Part shown: piece by piece, positions 12,293 to 25,085 of the stretch
Numbering within the stretch: the stretch's first letter is position 1
Layout of the letters: each line of letters starts with the position of its first letter
NCBI RefSeq assembly: GCF_009914755.1
Contig: NC_060927.1
DNA: 64,000 nt
Source of the DNA: the human T2T-CHM13v2.0 reference genome, Homo sapiens
Direction: 5' to 3' (one strand)
Notes under the pieces: model-generated
Seen by the model: the letters and a program-made list of their open reading frames with translations, nothing else
Databases searched by the model: none
What the model was told of the DNA's origin: nothing
Made by a program: the position numbers and the translations under genes

Positions 12293-12806
12293 AGGAGACT
12301 ATCTAGCCTGTTCAAAATTTGCCAATAATAATTTTGAGGCTTAAAGAAATTAGCCAAATATCCCAAATTACATAACCGTTGTCAAAAATCTAGACTGCTA
12401 ACTCCAGTCATTGATTTATTCATTCATTCATTGACTATTTACATGGTTTTAATCATGGGCCAGGCACTGTGATGGGTGCTATGGACAATTTGTTGAAACA
12501 ATGCGAAAATCACATTTGGACTGAATGGCCACTCTGCTTTTCCATATTAAGTTGCACATATTTAAATCATTTCCATGAATTTGTTCAAAAACTACAACTC
12601 CTAATCTGTCTTTTAATTACTAGCTGAATATTTAGATTTAAAGTCAGCAAAGTTGGTGTAGATTAATACATAACTCTGATACTGAATGACTCTACGGACC
12701 TAAGTACTTTAATATATTTATGCCTCACTTTCTTCATTTTGAAAACTGAAATGTTATTAGTAACTACTTCATTAATTCATGTATTTAACACAAATTTATT
12801 GAGCAC

Positions 12807-13163
12807 TGTATTAGTCTGTTCTCATGCTGCTAATAAAGACATGCCCAAGACTGGGTAATTTATAAAGGAAAGAGGTTTAATGGACTCACAGTTCCACATG
12901 GCTGGAGAGGCCTCACAATCATGGTGGAAGGCAAAGGAGAAGCAAAGACATGTCTTACATGGCGGCAGGCAAGAGATAGCTTGTGAAATGGAACTCCCAT
13001 TTATAAAACCATCAGATCTTGTGAGATTTATTCACTACCACAAGAACAGTATGGGGGAACTGCCCCCATCATTCAATTATCTCCACCTAGCTCCTCCCAT
13101 GTCATGCAGAGATTATTGCAAATTAAGGTGAGATTTGGATGTGGATACAGCCAAACCATATCA
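12807..13163 (-). mobile_element. THE1C/D MaLR solo LTR
   Basis: TGTATTAGTCTGTTCTCATGCTGCTAATAAAGAC...CCAAACCATATCA; perfect 5-bp TSD AGCAC (12802-12806/13164-13168). Confidence 0.93.
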
Positions 13164-13564
13164 AGCACCTACGATGAGCACTTATGATATGCTAGTTCTA
13201 AGACTATATGAGAAAATAATTCAGGCTATATCATTAGGTTCTTAGCACTTCAATTATATATACTATATCAGATGTTATTGAATAATAATATCAGATGTTA
13301 TAGAAAAATAAAGCATAGTAATGGATATAGGGAGGATTGCTGTTTTAAATAGGGTGGTCATGAAATATCACTCTGGTGGTAAGTTGACATTTGAGTATAC
13401 ATCAGAAGAAAATAAGAGAACAAGCCATGTAGTAAGCTGGCAGAATATTGTTCCAGAGAGTCCAACAAATGCAAAGATTATAGAACAGAAATATACTTGG
13501 TGTCTTTGAGGAACAGGAAGGAAACTACTGTTTCTGAGTCTGAAGTTATAAAAAGAGTAAGAAC

Positions 13565-14451
13565 TGATCAAGATACAGCCTTAATGTTCCCCTCAACTTG
13601 ACTAAATTTTAGGCAGGCTTCTTCCTGACTTAAGGCCCCTGACTCTTCTTAGAGCATTTCTTTAAAAAAAAAAAAAAAAAAACTTCCAGTTGTATGTTCT
13701 TTCCCTGCCCCTTTGAAATGTATATAAACCTTTGCCCAGCATCTCGCCAGTTTTAAAACCCAAGAAATGTCTTTGTCAAGGACCTGGGAGGCATCTCATT
13801 GATGTGTAAACTTAGAAGGGTGCAACACTTCTACTTCTGAGTTTCTGTGGAAGAACGGGAGCTTAACTGCAGTGGGCAGGCACATTACTCCAAACTGTAA
13901 AACTACCTCCTGTCATGAAAATAGATGAAGGTTTACTTTTCCTTTGGGTAAGGCCAATCAGTAAGCACAGGTAGTCTATGATTCCACCTACCTCAGCTCT
14001 TAAAAATTCTATAGACCTTTGTTTCAGCAGAGCTCACCATCACCTATTGCAGGAGTGTTAAATAAAGTCTTCCGGGTGGGCACGGTGGCTCATGCCTGTA
14101 ATCCCAGCACTTTGGGAGGCCACGGTGGGTGGATCACTTGAGCTCAGTTTGATACCAGCCTGAGCAATATGGCAAAACTCCATCTCTGCCCAAAATACAA
14201 AAATTAGCCAGGCGTGGCAACGTGAGCCTGTAGTACCAGCTACTTGGGAGGGTGAGGTTGGGGATCACTTGAGTCAGGGAGTCAGAGGTTGCAGTGAGCA
14301 GAGATCACACCACTGCACTCCAGCCTGGGTGACAGAGCAAGACTCTGTCTCAAAAAAAAATAAAATAAAATAAAATAAAATAAAATAAAATAAAATAAAA
14401 TAAATCATCCTTGTCTATTTAACTTTGTCCAGTTCAAGTTTTACTTTGACA
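13565..14451 (+). mobile_element. ERV1 solo LTR, MER67-like, split by an Alu at its polyA signal
   Basis: GCCTTAATGTTCCCCTCAACTTGACTAAA...AAGGACCTGGGAG...AATAAAGTCTTCC[Alu]...TTTGACA; homologous to 63168-63676. Confidence 0.75.
14074..14404 (+). mobile_element. AluJ with (TAAAA)n tail
   Basis: Full dimer; degenerate TSD AATAAAGTCTTCC / AATAAATCATCC. Confidence 0.92.
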
Positions 14452-15301
14452 ATACAGGCATACTTTGTTTTCTTGTGTTTCACAAATGTTGTATTTTTTA
14501 CAAATTGAGGTTTGTAGCAACCCTGCATTCGGCAAATTTATTGGTGCCATTTTTCTGACAGCACGTGATTGCCATGTCTCTGTGTAACATTTTGATAATT
14601 CTCGCAATATTTCAAACTTTTTATTATTATTATATCTGTTATGGTAATCTATGATCAGTGATTAATGATGCTATTTTAATTGTTTGGTGGCACCACAAAC
14701 CACACCCATGTAAGACGCAAACATAATCAATAAGTGCCGTGTGCTTTGACTGCTCCACTCACCAGCCTTTCTATCATTTTGCTTTCTCTTTTTGGGCCCC
14801 CTATTCTCCATAAAACAAAAATATTGAGATTAAGCCAATTAATAACCCCAAAATGACCTCTAGCTGTTTGAGTAATAGGAAGAGTTGCAGGTCTCTCACT
14901 TTTAAAACAAAAGCTAGAAATGATTAAGCTTAGTAAAGAAAGCCATGTCAACAGCCAAGATGGGCTGAAAGCTACATCTCTTGAGCCAAACAGTTAGCTA
15001 AGTTGTGAATGCAAAGGCAGAAACTTCAGGGAAATTGCAAATGCTACTCTGGTGAACACACAAATGATAAGAAACCGAAAGAGGCTTATTGCTGATATGG
15101 GAAAAGCTTTCATGGTTTGGATAGAAAATCAAACCAGCTACATTCACTTGAGCCAAAGACTTATCCAAGGAGGGCCTTAACTCTCTTTAATTCTACGCAG
15201 GCTGAGAGAGGTGAAGAAGCTGCAGAAGGAAAATTTGAAGCTAGCAGAGGATCCTTCATGAGTTTTAAGGAAAAAAAAAAAGTTGTTTCTGTAACACAAA
15301 A

Positions 15302-15778
15302 GTGCAAGATGAGGCAGCAATTGCTGATGTTGAAGCCGTCACAAGTTATCTACCAGATGTAGCTAAGATTATTAATGAAGGTTGCTACACTAAACAACAA
15401 ATTTTCAATGTAAATGAAACAGCCTTCTATTTGAAGAAGATGCCATCTACCACTTTCATAGCTAGAGAGGAGAAATCAACATCTGGCTTCAAAGCTTCAA
15501 AGGAAAAGGTGTCTCTCTTATTAGCAGCTAATGAAGCTGTTGACTTTAAGTTAAAGCAAATGGTCATTTGGCATTTCAAAAATACTAATGTCCTTAAAAA
15601 TTATGCCAAATGTACTCTGCCTGTGCTCTACAAATACAACAACAAAGCCTGGAAGATAGCACATCTGCTTACTGCATGGCTTACTAAATATTTTAAGCCC
15701 GCCCTTGAGAATTATTGCTCAGAAAGAAATATTTCTTTTGAAATATTACTGCTCATTGACAATGACCTAGTCACTTAA
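15302..15778 (+). pseudogene. Tigger1 transposase remnant (DDE_1/CENP-B-like domain, TIGD1-like), disrupted
   Basis: QIFNVNETAFY, KAW and LLLIDN motifs; first catalytic D of NVDET reads N; flanking frameshifts and stops. Confidence 0.9.
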
Positions 15779-16698
15779 GAACTCTGAGGGAGACGCAGAA
15801 GGAGATTAATGTCCTTTTTATGCCTGCTAACACAACGTCCATTCTGCAGCCCATGGATCTGGGAGAAATCTCTACTTTTAAGTCTATTATTTAAGAAATA
15901 TATGTTGTAAGGCTATGTCTGCCATAGATAGTGATTCTCTTGATAGATATGGGCAAAGTAAATTGAAAACCTTCTGGAAAGGATTCATCATTCTAGATGC
16001 CATTAAGAACTTTTGTGTTTCATGGGGGAGGAGATCCAAATGTCAACATCAATAGGAGTTAGTGGGAAGCTCATTTCAACCCTCATGGGTGACTTTGAAG
16101 GGTTCAAGACTTAAATGGGGGAGGTCACTACAGATGTGGTAGAAATAGCATAAGGACTAGATTTAGAAGTGGAATCTGAAGATACGACTGCTATAATCTC
16201 ATGATAAAATTTGAATGGATAAGGAGTTGTTTCTTACGAGGGACCAAAAAAGTGGTTTCTTGAGATAGAATCTACTCCTGGTACAGATACTGTGAACGTT
16301 GTTGAAAGGACAACAAGGGATTTAGAATATTACATAAACTTAGTGTATCAAGCAGCAGCAAGGCTTTAAAGGATTGACTTCAATTTTGAAAGTAGTTTTA
16401 TAGTGGGTAAAATGCTGCCAAACAGCATCAAGGTTTAAAGAGAAGTCTTTTGTGAAAGGAAGAGTCAATTGGTGTGGCAAACTTCATCATCGTTCTTATT
16501 TTCAGAAATTGCCATATCCACCCAAATCTTCAGCAACCAGTCAGCAGCCATCCACTTGGAGGCAAGACACTTTACTAGCAACAAGATGATAACATATTGA
16601 AGGTATAGAAGATTGTTAGCATTTTTAGCAACAAAGTATTTTTAATTAAGGTATGTACATTCTTTTTTAGACATAATGTTATTACACACTTAACAGAG

Positions 16699-17035
16699 CA
16701 GGGGTCCCCAACCCTTGGGCAGCAGATGGATACTGGTCTGTGGCCTATTAGGAGCTGGGCCTCAACAGCAGGAGGTGAGCCACAGGCCAGCAAGCATTAT
16801 CACCTGAGCTCTGCCTCCTGTCAGATCAGCCACGACATTAGACTGTCAAAAGAGAGCAAACCCTACTATGAACTATGCGTACGAGGAATCTAGGTTGTGT
16901 GCTCCTTATGAGAATCTAGTGCCTGATGATCTGATGTGGAACAGTTTCATTCCAAAACCATCCTCCTTGCACCATCCATGGAAAAATTGTTTTCCACAAA
17001 ACTAGTTTCTGGTAACAAAATGTTGGGGACTGCTA
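16699..17035 (+). mobile_element. MER1B (hAT-Charlie) inserted in Tigger1
   Basis: CAGGGGTCCCCAACC...GTTGGGGACTGCT; 8-bp TSD TAACAGAG/TAATAGAG (16691-16698/17036-17043). Confidence 0.93.
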
Positions 17036-17519
17036 TAATAGAGAATAGTATAGTATAAACATAACTTTTATATGTACAAGCAAACAAAAAAAATTGTGTG
17101 ACTCACTTTATTATGATACTTACTTTGTTGTGGTGGTCTAGGACCAAACCTGCAATATCTCCAAGGTATGCCTGTGCTACGAGACTGTTCAGTGATAGTG
17201 AAAGGTTAGATTACAAGTGATCTTTTGACCATGTCAGGATTCGGGCTTTGTTTCTGTTTTTGTTTTTGTTTTTTTGAGCGAGTGAGTGAGTGGGAACTTC
17301 TCTGGAGTTGTGAGCACAGGACTGTCATGATATACTTTATGTTCTAAAGTGATGACGCTGGCTGTCATGTGGAAAATAAGAATAAGAGGTAGAGACAGGA
17401 AACACATATACAGTGAAAGGATACAAAGCAAACTCAAGGAGGAAAAATGACATATGAGGTGCAATCTGGAGAAAACCAGTTCATAGTTAAAAACCTATTT
17501 CAATAATCCAGTCAATGTG

Positions 17520-17785
17520 TCCCTAAAAGAAAACACTCCCAGTGAGGTGAAATTCGAACAACACATCTAGTTGTTCATTTGGCATGAAAGGAAAAATATT
17601 TCATAGTACTTATTCATGTGCATTGGCTAATCGTTTGGTTAATTTGTGAGGAACTTGGAGAAACCCAGTTATAAGATTTGTGTCAAGGAGATCTGGAGGA
17701 GAAGCGTTTGTTTTTGACCTCTCAGAAAGAGGACAGAGTATGAAGATATTTGTGTCCTATTTGAATTGTTATCAAAGAGCACCGG
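17520..17785 (+). mobile_element. ERVL internal (pol RNase H region) fragment
   Basis: GGAACTTGGAG...AAGGAGATCTGGAGGAGAAG...GACCTCTC...TGAAGATATTTGTGTCC resembles ERVL pol (MKIFVS). Confidence 0.6.
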
Positions 17786-20109
17786 CTGTGTCTTTTCCAT
17801 GGCTTCAACCTGACAGCTCAGGCTTTTATACAGCCTCCTCCCAACACCCCCTCCAGAGCTTGGTTTAGAGGCTTCTTTCAGTGACTTCTGCTTGCTTCTC
17901 CTTCCTACATGGTTGGTTTCAGCTATTCTAACATTATAATGATAGTTGTTACAATAGTCTGTTTATTGAATCACCTGGCATGTTTGTTTGTTGCTTGTTT
18001 GTTTTTAAATCTCTGTCTGCTCACTAATGTAATTGGCTACCTTTTTATACTATGAGTTAATTGAGCATTAATGTATTCTTTAGGATAGAGCAAGTATTTG
18101 TTTATTGTAAAAAATGTTTAGTTGTTTTTGCTTGCTTGTTCTTTTGTTGGTTGTTGTTTATCATTTTTTGTTGTGTTGAGGAAATTGTATTTAAAATTTT
18201 ATTTGGGTTTTCCAAGTTATGAAATAAGAAGGTCTTGGGCAAAATGATCTGTTTTCTCTGAACCAAATGTATATGTGGCTTTACGTTTCTATGTGGAAAT
18301 GACATAAGAAATGAGCATGGGTCAGTCTGCCTTTACTATACAATTTGCTGGGAAGGTTCCATCAACTGTATAACACTGTTCGAAAACTCAGTCCCCATAA
18401 AGATTTGCTCTATTTCATTTACCAAAGAATGTCTACCTTGAGTAATGAAAACAGTGCCATAGCCACAGAGGTACACAACAATACGTAAACTGAAACCTTG
18501 CCATAGCTATGGGGTTTCTTAAGAGCTCTATTGAGATATGGAGGAAACTCTGAATTCAGCTTTCATGACACATTTTTATCATTTGTAAAATTGAAATAAT
18601 AATACCTCCCTGTCTCTCTTGGGTGCTATAAAATGTTATTCTTTGAGAATCATGAATGAAAGTGACTATGCAAGAGCAAATTGTGATTGCTATTCTTTAC
18701 GTTAATGCTAACAATGAAAAATAACATTTCTGTACTTTTCTTTATTATAGATGGTGATAGGTAACTTGTAATTTTTAAACACCATAGAAGACTACAAATT
18801 TAAGAAAATACAAGTTAAAAAAACTTTATAAAGTAGAGTATAAAATATACAAGGGAGGGAATTTATTTCATTCACTACTGTATCATGAACATACAAAATC
18901 ATGTCTGATTTTAAGTATACACTTGTGGAATAAACATGTGTAGAAAGAATTTTGTTAACACATGTACGTTCACAGTTATATTAAAAAACTAACCACAAAT
19001 AATATGAATCTGAATTCTGATCTACATTAAAATCTATATGATACAGACATACTTGTTTTACAAAGTAAATAATTAATTATGAGATAAAATTGCTTCATAA
19101 TCAATATCATTTATATGAAAGAAGTCTAAAAGAAGTAGCTTCTTTTGTTGTTGTTTAGGAAACTAAAAATATTTGGATAACATAACCATATTAACTTTTA
19201 AATATGAATGTTTTAAAATTGTAATATTATGAATAAGAGCCACAGTAAATACTATTTTAATTTCACTTCTATTTCTCTATATTTGTGTGATGCTTATTAA
19301 TCAGTCCTATGTAATTGTGCTAATATGTTTCTTGAATTTTAATGTGTCTACATAGATCATTCCTGTGTTAGTATATTATTTTCCTGCATTTACACAGGCA
19401 TTTAGTTTCATGAAACATTGCCAAATTGGCATATCTTTTTACTTTCTCCTTCAAAAACCTTCTATCTCTCGGGTAGTGATAGAAATCTGAAATTCAGAAC
19501 AGGTATTCTTACCATGAAATTGTATTAATAAACTTAATTAACAGAAGCAACATTATTTCAGTGACTTGCATTTATGAAACTGGCAAAGCTAAATGCTGTC
19601 ATTTTGTCAAGTACCTAATCTTATGAGAGTCTATAAAATGTGAAGTTAACTGTAGTGGGTTATATGAGAAATTTTTTTAGACTTCTTTAAAACAAAAACA
19701 AATAAACAAGAACAAAAGAAAAATAAACAACAAAGGCTTTCGTCACAATTAATATCTCTCAGAAACACTACTGATTTTTTTATTGTTGTTGTTTTGACAT
19801 TCGTGGGTTCTATACTGCCTTAGTTTCTTGGTTTTGATTCTCTCTCTCTGAATCCAGGACTTTGGTCAGTGAACACTTCCTCATCTCATCTGGGGATGGA
19901 GAGTTTACATCATTCAGCATATCTTCTTCTCGCTTTTTAGGTAAATATCTCATTTTTCCCCTTTTTAGTGGGAGGCAATCACTTCCATTCCTCAGAAGGT
20001 GTGCTGTTGAGGACTGAATATTGGTCTGTCTATCCTCCCCCTCCAAATTTATATGTTGATATCCTGATCCCCAACCATTGGGAGGAAATTAGGTCATGAG
20101 GTTGGAGCC

Positions 20110-22518
20110 TGTGTTAGTTCATTTGAATACTGTTATAAAGAATGACCTAAGACTTGGTAATATATGAAGAAAGGAGGTTTAAATAACTCACAGTTCTACA
20201 GGCTTAACAGGAAGCATGGCTTGGAGGTTTCAGGAAACTTACAATCATGGCTGAAGGCAAAGGGGAAGCAAGGTACATCTTACATTGCAGCAAAAGAGAG
20301 AGAGAGCAAGGGGCCAAGTGCCACATTTTTAAACCATCAGATCTTGTGAGAACTCTATCTTGAGACAGCACTAGGGAGATGGTACTAAACCATGAGAAAC
20401 CACCACCATGATCCAATCACCTCCCCCCAGGCCCCACCTTTAACACATGGGGATTACAACTTGGCATAAGATTTGGATGGGAACAGAAAGCCAAACCATA
20501 TTATTCTGCCCCTGGCCCCTCCAAAATCTCATGTCCTTCTCACATTTCAAAACAGAATCATGCCTTCCCAACAGTTCCCTAAAGCCTTAACTTATTCCAG
20601 CATTAACCCAAAAATCCAAGTCCAAAGTCCCATCTGAGACAAGGCAAGTCCTTTCTGCCTATGAGATTGTAAAATCAAAAACAAGTTAGTTACTTCCAAG
20701 ATACAATGGGGGGATAAACACCGGGTAAATGCTCCCATTTAATATGGGAGGGATTGGCCAAAACACAGGGGCTGCAGGTTCCTGGGCTACAATTCCAAAA
20801 CCCAGCAAGGCAGTCATTAAATTTTAGGGCTCCAAAATAATTTCCTTTGACTCCATGCCTCACATCCAGTCCACACTGATCCAAGGAGTGGGCTTCCAAG
20901 GATTTGGACAGCCCCGCGTCTGTGACTCTGCAGGGTACAGCCCCCACAGCTGTTTTCATGGGCTGGCATTGAGTGCCTATGGCTTTTCCAGTAAGATGGT
21001 GCAAGCTGTCACTGGAGCTACCATTCTGGTGTCTGAAGGATTGTGGCCCTCTTCTCACAGCTCCACTAGGCTGTGCCCTAGTGGGGACTCTGTGGGGACT
21101 CCAACCCCACATTTTCCCTCAGCATTGTCCTAGTAGAGGTACTCCATGAGGGCTCCGCCCCTACGGCAGACTTCTGCCTGGACATTCATCCATTTCCATA
21201 GATCTTCTGAAATCTTGAAAGAGGTTCCCAAACTCTTGCCTTCCGCGCACCCACAGGCCCAACACTACATGAAAGCTGGCAAGGATTGAGGCTTGCATCC
21301 TCTGAGGCAATGTCCTATGTTATACTTTGGTGCCTTTTAGCCACAGCTGGAGCTGGAGGGGCTGGGACACAAGGTGTCATGTTCTGGGGCTGCACAGAGA
21401 AGCAGGGCCCTGGGCCTGGCCCACAAAACCATTATTTCCTCCTAGGACTCTGGGCCTGTGATAGGAGGGGCTGCTTCAAAGATCTCTGAAGTGCCCTGGA
21501 GACATTTTCTCCATTTTCTTGGCTATTAACATTTGGCTTCACATTACTTATGCAAATTTCTCCAGCTGGCTTGAATTTCTTCCCACAAAATAGGTTTTTC
21601 TTTTCTACCACATGGTCAGAGTGCAAATTTTCCAAATGTTTAGGCTCTGCTTGCCTTTTAAACGTATGTTTCAATTTCAGATCATTTCTTTTTGAATGCA
21701 TGTGACTGTATGCTGTTAGAAGCAGCCAGACTCCATCTTGAACACTTTGCTGCTTAGAAATTTCTCCCACCAGATACCCTAAGTCATGTCTCTCAAGTTC
21801 AAAATTCCACAGATCTCTAGAGCAGAGGCACAATGCTGCCAGTCTTTTTGCTAAAGAATAGCAAGATTTGCCCCTGGCCACAATAAGTTCCTCTTCTCCA
21901 TCTGAGACCATCTCAGCTTGAACTTCATTGTTCATATCACTATTAGCATTTTGGTCAAAACTACTCAACAAGTCCTTAGGAAGTTCCAAACTTTCCCTCA
22001 TCCTCCTGTCTTCTTCTGAGCCCTCCAAACTGTCCCAGCCACTGCCCTGTTACCCAGTTCCAAAATTGCTTCCACATTTTCAGGTATCTGTATAACAGTG
22101 CCCCACTCTTCTAGTACCAATTTTCTGTAGTAGTCCATTCTCACACTGCTATAAAGAACTACCTGAGACTGGGTAATTTATGAAGAAAAGACGTTTAATT
22201 GACCACAGTTCTGCAGGCTTGACAGGAATCATGACTGAGAGGCCTCAGGAAATTTACAATCATGGTGGAAAGCAAAGGGGAAGTAAGGCATATCTTAAAA
22301 GATATCAGGAGAGAGAAAGAGCAAGGGGGGAGGTGCCACACTTTTTAACCATCAGATCTCGCGAGAACTCTATCACAAGACAGCAGTAGGGGGGTGGCAC
22401 TAAATCATTAGAGACCACCCCTGTGATCCAATCACCTCCCACCAGACCCCACCTTCAGCATGTGGGGATTATAATTTGACATGAGAGTTGCTTGGGCACA
22501 CAGAGCCAAACCCTATCA
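20110..22518 (-). mobile_element. Complete MSTA MaLR element: LTR 22126-22518, internal 20504-22125, LTR 20110-20503
   Basis: Two direct-repeat MSTA-type LTRs, MST-int body and perfect 5-bp TSD GAGCC (20105-20109/22519-22523). Confidence 0.93.
21432..22028 (-). pseudogene. MaLR internal gag-like ORF remnant (198 codons open)
   Basis: EGSEEDRRMRESLELP...RDLWNFELE...LGYLVGEISKQQS is typical of the MST/THE1 internal ORF. Confidence 0.8.
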
Positions 22519-23097
22519 GAGCCCTTATGAATGGGATTAGTGAACTTATAAAAGAACCAGAGAGTTGCCTCACTTTCTTTCTCCCATACGAGGATATAAC
22601 AAGAAGTTAGCAGTTGCAGCCTAGAGAAGGACCCTCACCGGAGTCTTGACCATGCTGAAACCATAATCTCGGACTTCCAGTCTCCAGAAATGTAAGGAAT
22701 AAATCTGTTGTTTATAAGTTACCAAGTCTATGATACTTTATTGTAGCAGCCCAAACTGACTATAAAAGTTCCATTCAACCAGCACGTTGCTTTTTCCTTA
22801 TGGCCTGCTACAATGCATGACTGCTTCACCAGTTTTCTATTTAATGTTTATCAACAAATTATACCCTCTGTAAATTTCCATGTTCATGTTTGGTCATCTC
22901 CCAATTTGTAAATATGGTATATTTCAAATATTCATTCATAAATTCAGTTAATACCCAAAATGCATTATTTCTGGTAACAATATTATAATTATGTATATAG
23001 AATCAAGCCAATGCCAAAACTTTTGAACAATATTATTTGGCTATATGGAGCCAAACCATTATAACATGTTTACTCTGGGAAATACATTTATCTTTCT

Positions 23098-23177
23098 TTT
23101 TTCTTTATTAATATACTTTAAGTTCTAGGGTACATGTGCACAACGTGCAGGTTTGTTACATATGTATACATTAGGAG
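23098..23177 (-). mobile_element. Ultra-short L1PA 3' end with a probable tiny 5' inversion
   Basis: TATACTTTAAGTTCTAGGGTACATGTGCACAACGTGCAGG; 12-bp TSD ATTTATCTTTCT (23086-23097/23178-23189). Confidence 0.88.
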
Positions 23178-24249
23178 ATTTATCTTTCTAAAATGTTAAC
23201 ATATTTCTAAAACTATAGTGACTTGGATGTAAGCAATGTATAAGTAGTAAGAAAATACATACATTTAAAATATATATATATTATCATTAGCAGCAGCTCC
23301 TCCCAAACGTGATGCTACTCCATCCAGTTTGTTTTTAACAAAACAATTTCAAATTTCTTATCATACTGGGAGTCCCCAAGAACTGTTTCACTTGGGCCTT
23401 AAGAAATAATCCTAAAAAGTTTTATGTAGTATCTACTCTAGACTATCTGCTATTTTTCTCCTTTTCTCACTATACATCTAATTTTTGTTGTCAGCCTTAC
23501 CAACAGTCACCATCAACAGCATTGCTTCTTCAGTTAGAGTTACTTATTTTCAAGGTTTAGCTTATTTCTGTCATCACTGGGTCCTCCACCAATGTCAGTG
23601 TGGTCAACCTTGCTGGCAATGCTTTCCTATCAATTGTTCACACACTACTACTAAATATTAATAACACTGATACCTTATAAGCTCAAGTTTCCAAGGAGAA
23701 GATAAAGTACTAGCATTTTTGCTTTTTTTAACTAATTTAGTAAAACCTTCACAGCTATATGAAAGAGAGCTAAGGTAATAGAGGGCTTTGCAAGTTAGAC
23801 ATGAAAAGAAAGCAAAATTCTAGGGTGCTGAAGGGAAGTTAAAAATAAACTCCATGAGAAAATCTCCCAAATGTTTTCCCTTCTTATGCTTTCTTCTCCT
23901 TCATAAACAGTATTACCTTTCTAGACGTTGGATTTCTTAAAATCTAAAATATAACATACATAATAAGTGGGCATAGGAACATAAGCAAAAATTTCTTTAA
24001 AAATACCTGAGTAGCCATTATTTAGGCCAAGACATACAATATTTTTTGAATTTTTTTGTGAGGGGCTTCTTTTAGCTCAAAATTTAGATTTTAAATTTAT
24101 CTATTTTGATGTGTATGGCTCCAGGTCTTTGTTTTCACTGCTATGCTAAGTGATTGTACAAATATCCTATAAATTATCATACCATTTGTAGGTCCTAAGG
24201 ATAGTTTTGTACAAAACAGTTTTTTACAAAACTGATACAGTTTTGTAAA

Positions 24250-25085
24250 TATATCTTAATATACATGTGCAAGAGTTTTTCTGGGGGATTAACTAGGAGT
24301 AGGATTGCTAATTATAGAATATATGCATACATGTTCATCTCTACTAGGTCACACTAAACTGATTTACAAGGTAGCTATAATAGTTACCATTCCCACCAGC
24401 CAATAGTCATGTCAAAGATGATATTAGTTGACCTTGCCCATCTGCTGAGTACAAAATTGCATATCATTGTGGTTTCAATTTTCATTTCCTTGACTATTCA
24501 TTAATTTAACATCTTTTTATGAATTTTGTGGGCTAGTTGTGTTGCTTTTTCAGTGAAATTTATGAAATTGTTTTGTCATTTCATTTATTATGATAATGTG
24601 AAGCATTTATTTTAGATTGTATTTTAGTCATTATAGTTAGAAGATCTGTATACTTTGGCTGTCAGCTTCCAAGCCAAAAAATTATCAAATAATATCCTTC
24701 TGTTCCAGTTTCTGTCACTCTGAGAGCCAACTGATACTCATAAGACTGTTGCAATGTGATGTGTGGAATACTACAAAAGTATTCTTTAAAACTTCAAAAG
24801 AGTCTTCCTTTTATTGATAGAGTCAAAGAATTGATCAATAATGAACTACTGATCATAAGAATTATTCTTTAGCTATTTTGGATACATGCTCTGTTAATTT
24901 TATGCATTGTAAGCTCTTCTTTTGGATTGTTGACAAGTGTTCACATTTTGTAAGTGTCTTTTGGTGAACATAAATTCCACCTGAAATTGTTTTTTGTGTA
25001 TTATGTGAGATTGGAATCCCATTATTGCAGGACCATTTATTATCCATGAATCTATAATACTCCTTGATTTTGGAATGTTAAGCAA
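24250..25085 (-). mobile_element. L1ME-like fragment interrupted by a duplicated non-L1 segment
   Basis: CATTCCCACCAGC, ATCATTGTGGTTTCAATTTTCATTTCCTTGACTA; resumes after 24832. Confidence 0.6.

Larger units (their letters stand above)
14455..17174 (+). mobile_element. Full-length Tigger1 (pogo-like TcMar DNA transposon)
   Basis: TIRs CAGGCATAC (14455) and GTATGCCTG (17174), preceded by TA; ~2.4 kb after removing MER1B; transposase remnants inside. Confidence 0.95.
12769..17512 (-). mobile_element. L2a LINE fragment interrupted by THE1, MER67(+Alu) and Tigger1(+MER1B)
   Basis: L2 tail TTCATTAATTCAT...AAATTTATTGAGCAC at 12769; L2-like body at 13170-13560 resumes at 17180-17512. Confidence 0.6.
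20005..22765 (+). mobile_element. MLT1A0-like LTR split by the MSTA provirus
   Basis: AAATTTATATGTTGA...AGGTCATGAGGTTGGAGCC | GAGCCCTTATGAATGGGATTAG...GCAGCCCAAACTGAC. Confidence 0.8.

Noticed and set aside
19513-19684. Minus-strand exon (ATG|GTAAGA donor)
   Set aside because: The acceptor relies on a low-complexity A-rich tract; no other support.
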